From assembly GCA_035390665.1 (NCBI GenBank), contig DAOOUC010000007.1, forward strand, positions 12,728-44,727: a DNA stretch of 32,000 nt. Direction: 5' to 3'. Below are positions 19,273 to 27,110 of the stretch, piece by piece. The notes under the pieces were generated by a model. That model did not search any database. It was not told where the DNA came from and was given only the letters and a program-made list of their open reading frames with translations. The stretch is from an archaeon (GTDB lineage Archaea; Iainarchaeota; Iainarchaeia; Iainarchaeales; CSSED10-239). The position numbers and the translations under genes were made by a program. Numbering within the stretch: the first letter of the stretch is position 1; each line of letters begins with the position of its first letter.

Positions 19273-22200
19273 TTATTGTGGAAGAGGACTTTGAGTATTA
19301 CTTCTCAAGTATGGATAAGTTGTGCTTTCGGTCATATTCCAAATGGTTGAAAAATCCCAACTTGTAAATGTACTTTGTGCTTTCATTTCTGCTGTTGTTT
19401 TTCCAGTTCCTGTTGCACTTGTTGTTTGCCCAGAGGTATTCATATCCCAGAATCCATTAGAGACTGTTATGTATCCTGAACTATATCCAATAAGTCCGCC
19501 TATATTAGATCCACTTCCAAATACTGAACCATTAGAATAACTTCTATATACTGTTGCAGGAAGACCAGATACTTCACTATACATATATCCTACAAGTCCT
19601 CCTACACGACTTAAACCAATTATTGAATTTGTAGAATAACTGTCTTCAATTCTAAATCCGGTAGTAATGTGTCCTGCAATCCCTCCAATATAAGAACTTG
19701 TTCCAGAAACATTTCCTTTAGAATAACAATATGAAATTTTTGCAGTTGTATTGTATGATCCAGATGCCGATCCTATTATTCCTCCTATTTTTTGGTTTCC
19801 AGAAATATTTGAATCAGAATAACTTGTGGTAATTAATCCAGAACCCATATATCCTACAAAACCTCCTACATAATCGTGTGCAGAAATTATTAAATTAGAA
19901 TTACTATATGATATTGTTGCATAATTTGATTTTCCTGCAATTCCCCCAACATAATCATATCCTGTAATATATCCTGTAGTGTTACTTCTTGTAATTAGTC
20001 CATAATTTTGATTACCGGTAATTCCACCAGTATAGTTTTTTCCAATAATGTTTATATCTTCCAAAATTATATCAGATAATTGAGCATATCTATCTGTAGC
20101 TCCAAACAATCCAACATAATCTGTAGCCGAATTATTTATGTAAAGATTATAAATTTTATATCCGTTTCCTTCTAGTCTTCCATTAAATGGACTTGCTAAA
20201 GTTCCAATTGGTGTCCATCCACTTCCTGTGTTATATGGTGAAATATCTAAATCTATGTCATTTGCTAATTTATAATATGCTGTTCTACTTATATCGTTTC
20301 TTATATTATAAAGATCTTCTGCAGTATAAATCATTGTAGGTGTTGGTGGTGCTACTGATGTTGGTGCTGGAGACTGCGTATTATTTATTAAATATGGATA
20401 ACTTGAGCCTTCTGTAATTGCCCAAGGAGAAGTAAAATTATAGGTTGTAAATGTTGCTTGTTGTTTCATTTCTGTAGTAGTTTTTCCTGTTCCTGCTGAA
20501 CTTGTTGTTTGTCCAGAAGTATTTATATCCCAGAAACTATTTGATATTGTTGTGTATCCAGAACTATATCCTATTAATCCTCCAACATTATTATTATATG
20601 ATCCATAAACATATCCTGAAGAATAACTTCTATTTACTGTTGTATAAAGAGATGAAACATCACTATACATATATCCAACAAGCCCACCAGTACGACCTAA
20701 GCCAATTACTGAACTTGTGGAATAACTGTCTTCAATTCTAAATCCAGTAGTTATATGTCCTGCAAGCCCTCCAACATAAGATCCTGTTCCAGAAATATTT
20801 CCTTTAGAATAACAATATGAAATTTTGGCAGTTACATTGTGTGTTCCTGTTGCAGCTCCAACTAATCCACCTACATAATCGTCTCCAGAAATATTTGAAT
20901 CAGAATAGCTTGTCGTAATGGATCCAGTACTTGTATATCCTGAAATTCCACCAACATAGTCTGTTGCAGTAATTGTGGTGCTTGAATGACTTAAAGAAAT
21001 TTCTGCGTAAGAAGAGAGGCCAGTGATTCCTCCGATATAATTTGTTCCAGAAATATTTCCAGTAGTATAACTTCTAGTAACCAACCCGTAATTTTGATAA
21101 CCAGTTATTATTCCAACATAATTTTGTCCTCTAATATTTGCATCTTCAATAATTAAATCTTCAAATCTCGCATACCTATTTGTATATCCAAATAATCCAA
21201 CATAGTCTGTTGTTGGTTTATTGATATATAGATTCCTAATTTTATACCCATTACCATATAATATTCCGGCAAATGCATTAGATGAACTAGTACCTATAGG
21301 TGTCCAGCCTTCTCCTGTGTTATATGGTGAAACATTCAAATCAATGTCGTTTGCTAATTTGTAATAAGCAGTTCTACTTATATCATTTTTCATATTATAA
21401 AGATCTTCTGCAGTATAAATCATAATCGGTGCAGGTGGATCTATTGGTGTTGGTGTAGGAGATTGTGTATTAGTTCTTAAATATGGATAACTTTCTCCTT
21501 CTGTAATATTCCATGTTGTTGTGAAATTTAAAGTAGTATAAGTACTTTGTGATTTCATTTCTGCTGTTGTTTTTCCAGTTCCTGTCGCACTTGTTGTTTG
21601 TCCAGAGGTATTTACATCCCAAAAATTTCCAGTTAAGGTATAATAAGATCCTTTTAATCCAACTAATCCTCCAACATCTGCAGGATAAGATCCTCTAACA
21701 TAACCTGAAGAATAACTGTTTGTTATTGTTGTTTTATAGGACATAGAACTATATGCAGATAAACATCCAACAAGCCCGCCAATTCTATAATTTCCAATAA
21801 CCATTGCTGTAGAATATGAATTATTTACTGCAGTACTGTCTTCCATTATACCTATTAGTCCACCAACATTTAGATTTCCAGTTATTGTTCCATTAGAATA
21901 ACTTGAATTTATTGTTCCTGCAGTAGTAGTTCCTTTTATTTCTCCAATTAATCCACCAACATAATCATTTGCAGTTATTGTTATATCTGATTTACTATTT
22001 GAAACAGTAGCATAGGTCATATATCCTACAAGTCCACCAACATAATTATTTCCGGTAATATTTCCTGTAGCATAATTGGTATTATATGTTCCATAACTAA
22101 TATATCCTGAGAAGATTCCAACATAATTCTGGCCAATAATATTTGCATTTGTTAATCCAAGAGAACTAATATTTACTGCAGAACCATTTGTGTATCCGAA

Positions 22201-22490
22201 TAATCCAACATAATCTGTAGTTGATCTATTGATATATAAATTACTAATTTTTTTACTATTTCCATTAAATGTTCCAGTAAATTTTGTTGATGAATTTCCA
22301 AGTGGAGTCCATCCATTTCCTGTTGTCCATGTAATTTTGTTAGCGGTATCATAATAACTAGAATCGTCACTAAAATTTAAGTCTCTCATTAATGTGTATG
22401 CTCCTGCAAGAGTTGTTGAGTTTGTATCTATATAATCAAGATGTTCAAGATACCATATTTCTCCGTTTGTTGGAATTAAACCAATTCCGT
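19273..22490 (-). repeat. Three tandem long modules (about 1.05-1.1 kb each) within the GLUG protein gene
   Basis: Module junctions at about 20350 and 21440, each with near-identical DNA encoding YTAEDLYN(M/I)(K/R)NDISRTAYYKLANDIDL and YPYL(R/I)(T/N)NTQSP. Boundaries approximate. Confidence 0.8.
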
Positions 22491-23247
22491 CAGGAACTTC
22501 AGAGACATTTACAATTATTGTATATATTTTTGTACTTTCGTCTTCTGCAGTAACAGTATAATTTACTGGATTTGTAAAATCTTGAGCAACACCTGATTCA
22601 GGACTAATTGTTGCATCTTCAGAAATAACTATTGTTGGTGTAAGATTTGTAATTGTTGTACCATAAGCAAAAGAAAAAGTAATTGTGTTATTATTTATAT
22701 CAATTGTTCCATTAGTATCATTAATTGTAAAATAAATTATTTCTTTTTCTGATGATGATATTATTGGTGGCTCTTCAGTATTTGTATCTTGTCCACCATC
22801 TTCTGTTATATTAGAATTATTATTTAAGATATTAGTTAAGGTTATTTTTTTATTATCCAAAGTCAATAATTCAATTGCTATTTTATTTTCTGGTGGCAAT
22901 TTATTTAAAGAAAGTATTCCTGTTGCTCCAGGGGTAAGAGTAATTGGATTTTCTAATATTACATCTATATTAAAATTAGAATCTTCAGAATTACTTAATA
23001 TTTTATATCCTGTTATTGTCACAGTTTTTTTTGGACTTATATTTTTAAAAGATAAATTAGTGTTTTGTATTTTTGTAGATCCAATTATATAATCATTTGT
23101 TTCTTCAAATATAATTTCACTTTTATCTGTTCCTTTTGTTGTAAAATCTGTTCCCCAAGTTAAAATAATTGTTGTTAATATTACTGCAATAGAAATTAAT
23201 AAAATTACAGAGATAATTGGAGTGATTGCTTTTTTTCTAGTTATCAT
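19273..23247 (-). CDS. Giant GLUG-repeat surface protein with archaeal class III pilin/archaellin-like N-terminus
   Basis: MITRKKAITPIISVILLISIAVILTTIILTWG; Cadherin-like beta region (GTTITNLTPTIVISEDATISPESG); many GLUG repeats (YVGGLVGYM, YVGLFGYTN); three copies of the TSGQTTS..GTGKTT.EMK...YPYLR.NTQSP module. Confidence 0.9.
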   Translation of the reverse strand: MITRKKAITPIISVILLISIAVILTTIILTWGTDFTTKGTDKSEIIFEETNDYIIGSTKIQNTNLSFKNISPKKTVTITGYKILSNSEDSNFNIDVILENPITLTPGATGILSLNKLPPENKIAIELLTLDNKKITLTNILNNNSNITEDGGQDTNTEEPPIISSSEKEIIYFTINDTNGTIDINNNTITFSFAYGTTITNLTPTIVISEDATISPESGVAQDFTNPVNYTVTAEDESTKIYTIIVNVSEVPDGIGLIPTNGEIWYLEHLDYIDTNSTTLAGAYTLMRDLNFSDDSSYYDTANKITWTTGNGWTPLGNSSTKFTGTFNGNSKKISNLYINRSTTDYVGLFGYTNGSAVNISSLGLTNANIIGQNYVGIFSGYISYGTYNTNYATGNITGNNYVGGLVGYMTYATVSNSKSDITITANDYVGGLIGEIKGTTTAGTINSSYSNGTITGNLNVGGLIGIMEDSTAVNNSYSTAMVIGNYRIGGLVGCLSAYSSMSYKTTITNSYSSGYVRGSYPADVGGLVGLKGSYYTLTGNFWDVNTSGQTTSATGTGKTTAEMKSQSTYTTLNFTTTWNITEGESYPYLRTNTQSPTPTPIDPPAPIMIYTAEDLYNMKNDISRTAYYKLANDIDLNVSPYNTGEGWTPIGTSSSNAFAGILYGNGYKIRNLYINKPTTDYVGLFGYTNRYARFEDLIIEDANIRGQNYVGIITGYQNYGLVTRSYTTGNISGTNYIGGITGLSSYAEISLSHSSTTITATDYVGGISGYTSTGSITTSYSDSNISGDDYVGGLVGAATGTHNVTAKISYCYSKGNISGTGSYVGGLAGHITTGFRIEDSYSTSSVIGLGRTGGLVGYMYSDVSSLYTTVNRSYSSGYVYGSYNNNVGGLIGYSSGYTTISNSFWDINTSGQTTSSAGTGKTTTEMKQQATFTTYNFTSPWAITEGSSYPYLINNTQSPAPTSVAPPTPTMIYTAEDLYNIRNDISRTAYYKLANDIDLDISPYNTGSGWTPIGTLASPFNGRLEGNGYKIYNLYINNSATDYVGLFGATDRYAQLSDIILEDINIIGKNYTGGITGNQNYGLITRSNTTGYITGYDYVGGIAGKSNYATISYSNSNLIISAHDYVGGFVGYMGSGLITTSYSDSNISGNQKIGGIIGSASGSYNTTAKISYCYSKGNVSGTSSYIGGIAGHITTGFRIEDSYSTNSIIGLSRVGGLVGYMYSEVSGLPATVYRSYSNGSVFGSGSNIGGLIGYSSGYITVSNGFWDMNTSGQTTSATGTGKTTAEMKAQSTFTSWDFSTIWNMTESTTYPYLRSNTQSPLPQ

Positions 23248-23386
23248 TATATAGTCACATTTCTAAAATAATTAGTAATAATAATATAAATACAAATATA
23301 ATATAAATAGTAATGTTAAAAAAAGAAAAAGAAAAATTGATTTTTAAAAAAATCAATTAAATTGCTTAAGTATTATAGTTCTTACT

Positions 23387-23587
23387 TTATTCATTCTTCA
23401 TACTTATATAACAATCTTTACAATAAACAGGTCTTCCTTCTACTGGTTTGAATGGTACTTCACATTCTTTACCGCATTTAGAACAAACTGTTTTATGCAT
23501 TTCTCTAGGTCCTGTATTTCTACTGAAATTCCCTCTTGAATTTCCTCTGTTATTATCTCTTCTTGGACCTCTATAGTCGTCACTCAT
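23387..23587 (-). CDS. Small zinc-ribbon protein (CxxC...CxxC) with RG/N-rich N-terminus
   Basis: MSDDYRGPRRDNNRGNSRGNFSRNTGPREMHKTVCSKCGKECEVPFKPVEGRPVYCKDCYISMKNE. Confidence 0.85.
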   Translation of the reverse strand: MSDDYRGPRRDNNRGNSRGNFSRNTGPREMHKTVCSKCGKECEVPFKPVEGRPVYCKDCYISMKNE

Positions 23588-23877
23588 ACTTTTTTTCTCC
23601 TCCGAAAAACTAACTTATCTTATGTATGAAGAATTTTCTTTATACAATAATAGTATATGTATATCATATACAAACATATCTATGATTAGAAAGGCTTTTA
23701 AAATAGAAGCATTTTTGATTTCTCGAAATTTTTGGTATTTTTTAATAACTGATACAATATATCTTTATTTATTAGTAAAAATTAAAGCAAAAATAACATT
23801 TATTATTTAAATTAGAGTTAAAATAACGCTTTTTGTTATTTTCAGCCATTTTTAAGTATTTTCTAAAAAAGAATACC

Positions 23878-23885
23878 TATATAAA
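23878..23885 (+). promoter_or_regulatory. TATA box for SRP RNA
   Basis: TATATAAA located about 20-26 nt upstream of the inferred SRP RNA 5' end (23904). Confidence 0.65.
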
Positions 23886-23903
23886 GAGTTTTATCCCTAA
23901 TTA

Positions 23904-24174
23904 TATTGGACAGACTGGGGGGCTTGCGGTCTCTTGTAACCTGAAATCCGCATATGCAGGGGTTATGCCTAAAGTGAGGGAAATAAGCAATATTTTGTCC
24001 TTTGTAAGGTTGCCGACGATTCGTCCAGTAAGAGTGGATGATTTAGATAATTCTGTGAGGTCCGGAAGGAAGCAGCAGTAAGCTAGACACCCATTGCTTA
24101 TTGGGGCGCGGATCCGAGATCTTATAGAGTTCAACAAGATGTTGGACTGTTTTTCGAGCTTTAGGTGTCCAATA
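23904..24174 (+). ncRNA. Signal recognition particle RNA (archaeal 7S type)
   Basis: Helix 8 signature GTGAGGTCCGGAAGGAAGCAGCAG; 5' TATTGGACA pairs perfectly with 3' TGTCCAATA (9 bp terminal helix); upstream TATA box. Confidence 0.88.
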
Positions 24175-24379
24175 ATGTTTTTCTGTTTCTAAAAAAGTAT
24201 TTTTTTATATATAAAAAAGTAGTATTTAAAAACCTTTTGGTTCATATAGATATAATTGAAATGTATTTTTCCAAGAATAAAGCAAAAGGAGCGTATTATG
24301 AGCTTCTTTTTATTCTTTTAAAGGATTTCTGTTTGAGAAGTTCTATTGTGGAAAAAGGAAAAAATGAGGTGTAAAAAAC

Positions 24380-25483
24380 ATGAAGTCATTAGTAAACAAC
24401 GCAGTCAGCGCAAAAAGTAATAATAGTGCCGAATATGCAAAAGACGGCGAATTTGCTGCTCCTAAGATTATGGTAATAGGTGTCGGTGGTGCAGGTAATA
24501 ACTCCGTAAACAGAATCTCAGCAATGGGAGTTGCAGGTGCTGAATTAATTGCTGTTAACACAGACAGAGCACACTTAGGTATTATCTCAGATGATATTAC
24601 AAAATTATTAATCGGTAAATCAGTAACAAACGGACTTGGTGCAGGTGCTTACCCAGAAGTTGGTGCAAAGGCTGCTGAAGTATCCAAGGCAGCATTAGAA
24701 GAAATTTTAGATGGTGTTGATTTATTATTCATTACAGCTGGTATGGGTGGTGGAACAGGTACAGGTGCTGCTCCAGTAGTTGCTCAAATAGCTAAACAAC
24801 AAGGTGCAATCGTTGTTGCAATTGTTACATACCCATTCGCTTTAGAAAGAGCAAGAATGAAGAAAGCAGAAGAAGGAATAGACATCTTAAAAGATATATG
24901 TGATACAGTTGTTGTTATCGATAACAACAGATTAGTTGAATTAGTTCCAAACTTACCAGTACAAGACGCATTCAAGGTTGCTGATGAAGTAATCGCAAGA
25001 GCAGTAAGAGGAATAACTGAAACTATAACACAACCATCATTAATTAACTTGGATTACGCAGATATTAGAACAGTAATGGGCGGTAAAGGATTATCTGTTA
25101 TTGCTGTTGGTGAATCACAATCAGTAAACAAAGTTGATGAAGTAGTTGAAGACACATTAAAGAACGCATTACTTGATGTTGATATTACAGGAGCAACAGG
25201 ATGTTTAATACACATCACAGGTGGAACTGAATTAACATTAGGTGAAGCAAACGCAGTTGGTGAAATGTTAACAGAACAAATCGATCCTAACGCTCAAGTT
25301 ATTTGGGGTGCAAGAATTGATCCAACATTCGAGAACAAATTAGAAGTAATCGCAATCTTTACAGGAGTAAAGTCACCATTCATAAAAGGAAGTAAGAAAT
25401 TTACAGGTGGCAATCAACCAGCAAGTAATTCTGGAAGAGGATCTGGAAGATACAACGATGATTTCGGAATAGACATGTTATAA
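24380..25483 (+). CDS. ftsZ: Cell division GTPase FtsZ
   Basis: [15 protein letters not shown], tubulin signature [50 protein letters not shown]; RBS-like GAGGTG upstream. Confidence 0.97.
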   Translation: MKSLVNNAVSAKSNNSAEYAKDGEFAAPKIMVIGVGGAGNNSVNRISAMGVAGAELIAVNTDRAHLGIISDDITKLLIGKSVTNGLGAGAYPEVGAKAAEVSKAALEEILDGVDLLFITAGMGGGTGTGAAPVVAQIAKQQGAIVVAIVTYPFALERARMKKAEEGIDILKDICDTVVVIDNNRLVELVPNLPVQDAFKVADEVIARAVRGITETITQPSLINLDYADIRTVMGGKGLSVIAVGESQSVNKVDEVVEDTLKNALLDVDITGATGCLIHITGGTELTLGEANAVGEMLTEQIDPNAQVIWGARIDPTFENKLEVIAIFTGVKSPFIKGSKKFTGGNQPASNSGRGSGRYNDDFGIDML

Positions 25484-25511
25484 GTGAGAAATCACAAACA
25501 ATACACCAAAA

Positions 25512-25545
25512 GAAAAGACAGTTTTTGTCTTTTCCATTTTTTCTT
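25512..25545 (+). terminator. Hairpin plus T-rich tract downstream of ftsZ
   Basis: GAAAAGAC-AGTTTTT-GTCTTTTC (8 bp perfect stem) followed by CATTTTTCTTT. Confidence 0.5.
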
Positions 25546-25651
25546 TTTCTAATTTAATTTAAAAACTAAAGTCTTAACTTCTGTGGTTATAAACAATCGC
25601 TTTAAAAGCTCTATCTTTGTAGTAGATATATATCAAATAGAGGTGGTATAT

Positions 25652-25795
25652 ATGCCAGCAGATGTAAAAATAGAATGTGAACAATGTAAACAGAAAGTAA
25701 TAACATCAGGATTAACATACAAAGACAAATGGTTCTGTTCAAAGAAATGTTTAGATGAATACAAGAAACAATTGTTAACACCAAAAACAGAATAA
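25652..25795 (+). CDS. 47-aa zinc-binding (MYM/TRASH-like CxxC...CxxxC) protein
   Basis: MPADVKIECEQCKQKVITSGLTYKDKWFCSKKCLDEYKKQLLTPKTE. GAGGTGG RBS upstream of this internal start; the 25583 start in the ORF track is unlikely. Confidence 0.75.
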   Translation: MPADVKIECEQCKQKVITSGLTYKDKWFCSKKCLDEYKKQLLTPKTE

Positions 25796-25867
25796 AATTA
25801 ATTATTTTTTTCTAATTTTAATATAAAATTAGTGGGTATTAATAAAAAATAAAAAGAGGGAAATGCA

Positions 25868-26149
25868 ATGTCGAAAAAAATAAAAATAATAGATTTTATA
25901 CCAGGCGTTCTTGCAATTTTATTATTTGTTGCAAGATATATAAAGTTCTTTAAAGTAATAGATTTTGGAGATCTTGGGAAAGTATATATATCTTTTGTAC
26001 AAAAGATTCAAGAATGTAGTAAGCCATTAATTTCAAGACTAGATACTTGTTCAGGAATAGGAACAACAAACGTGATCTGGTGGATAGCTATTGTAGTATT
26101 ATTGGCAGTGCAAGGTTTTATTTTATATAAAAAGTTTGCTAAAAAGTAA
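25868..26149 (+). CDS. Small membrane protein (93 aa, 2 TM)
   Basis: Hydrophobic FIPGVLAILLFVARYI and WWIAIVVLLAVQGFILY segments; no recognised family. Confidence 0.6.
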   Translation: MSKKIKIIDFIPGVLAILLFVARYIKFFKVIDFGDLGKVYISFVQKIQECSKPLISRLDTCSGIGTTNVIWWIAIVVLLAVQGFILYKKFAKK

Positions 26150-26170
26150 TTTTTAACTTTTCTTTTTCTT

Positions 26171-26443
26171 TTATTTTTTCTTAGTTTTTTTATTTATGAA
26201 AAAGATATAGATTATTGGTAGAATACCTACTGTATTAAAAATTAATAAACAAACAAACCAAGTAAGTTGGTTATTTCTTCCTGCTTTCCATAAAGCAATA
26301 CCTTTCCAAACAAGTTCCCAAATCATTAATGGTATTAGCCAAACTAACATAGTATTTGTAATCATAGATAAAATAGATAATAAAAATAAATATAAATGTG
26401 TTTTATTTCTGTGACCATTAATTGCGGTTTTGTATTTTTGCAA
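26171..26443 (-). CDS. DUF5652-like small membrane protein
   Basis: IPLMIWELVWKGIALWKAGRNNQLTWFVCLLIFNTVGILPIIYIFFINKK resembles the DUF5652 family. Confidence 0.7.
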   Translation of the reverse strand: MQKYKTAINGHRNKTHLYLFLLSILSMITNTMLVWLIPLMIWELVWKGIALWKAGRNNQLTWFVCLLIFNTVGILPIIYIFFINKKTKKK

Positions 26444-26519
26444 TTTACTAACTTAAAATTTCAAATCCACAAAATATCTCAAAAATAGCTTTATATATAT
26501 CTAAGAGTAATAAATATTT

Positions 26520-26660
26520 ATGAAATCTAAGTTGAAGTCAAGTGGAAAGTTAAGATATTTTGTTTCAAGACAAAATAAGCCAAGATTAACTATACTAGAA
26601 ACAGAACTTGCAAAGTCTTGGTTAACAAAAGAAGAAGATGAAGCATGGAAGAATTTGTAA
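26520..26660 (+). CDS. 46-aa putative antitoxin (not in ORF track)
   Basis: Own translation: MKSKLKSSGKLRYFVSRQNKPRLTILETELAKSWLTKEEDEAWKNL*. Stop overlaps the start of the MazF-like toxin by 16 nt; TATA-like TTATATATAT about 25 nt upstream of the ATG. Confidence 0.7.
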   Translation: MKSKLKSSGKLRYFVSRQNKPRLTILETELAKSWLTKEEDEAWKNL

Positions 26661-26977
26661 AAGGACAAATTGTTGTTGTCCCTTTCCCTTTCTCAGATTT
26701 AACCGATTTAAAAAAAAGACCAGCAATGGTTATTAGTTCTCTTGAAGGAAATAATCTTATTCTTGCACAAATAACAAGTAGATATAGAACGCAAAAATAC
26801 TCATTAGATATTAAAATCAAAGACTTTGAAAAAGGAAATCTACATATAGATTCATATGTTAATTGCGATAAGATATTCACACTAGATAAAAACATAATAC
26901 TAAATTCTGTAGGAATATTAAAAGCAGAAAAAACATACAAAATTGTTTCTAAAATAATTGAAATTATTAAAAACTAA
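26645..26977 (+). CDS. MazF/PemK family toxin (endoribonuclease)
   Basis: FVKGQIVVVPFPFSDLTDLKKRPAMVISS...NNLILAQITSR, VNCDKIFTLDKNII. Confidence 0.88.
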   Translation: MEEFVKGQIVVVPFPFSDLTDLKKRPAMVISSLEGNNLILAQITSRYRTQKYSLDIKIKDFEKGNLHIDSYVNCDKIFTLDKNIILNSVGILKAEKTYKIVSKIIEIIKN

Positions 26978-27110
26978 TATAGTTCTTCAGAATTGGGTGG
27001 ATTAAGAAAAATCTAAACCCAAAAAAGTTTAAAAATCAAAACCTTTAACATTATTTTATAAAGATAATGCTTTACTATTTTTATATAAAAAAATATTTTA
27101 GGTGGATTAA

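Noticed and set aside
19322-22370. Short ORFs within the GLUG-repeat gene (19322..19540, 20502..20741, 22173..22370)
   Set aside because: They lie in other frames of a long repetitive gene with a clear 1324-aa product.
19273-22490. Considered whether the repeated DNA was a CRISPR array
   Set aside because: The repeats are about 1.1 kb coding modules (plus short GLUG units), not short direct repeats with unique spacers; no cas genes seen.
23833-24137. ORFs 23833..24081(+) and 23901..24137(-)
   Set aside because: They cover the SRP RNA and show no protein-like conservation features.
24165-24374. 69-aa ORF between SRP RNA and ftsZ
   Set aside because: Begins inside the SRP RNA 3' end, unusual composition, no motif; more likely the ftsZ leader region.
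26590-26940. 116-aa ORF antisense to MazF-like toxin
   Set aside because: Overlaps a well-supported MazF-like ORF and the antitoxin; no recognised motif.
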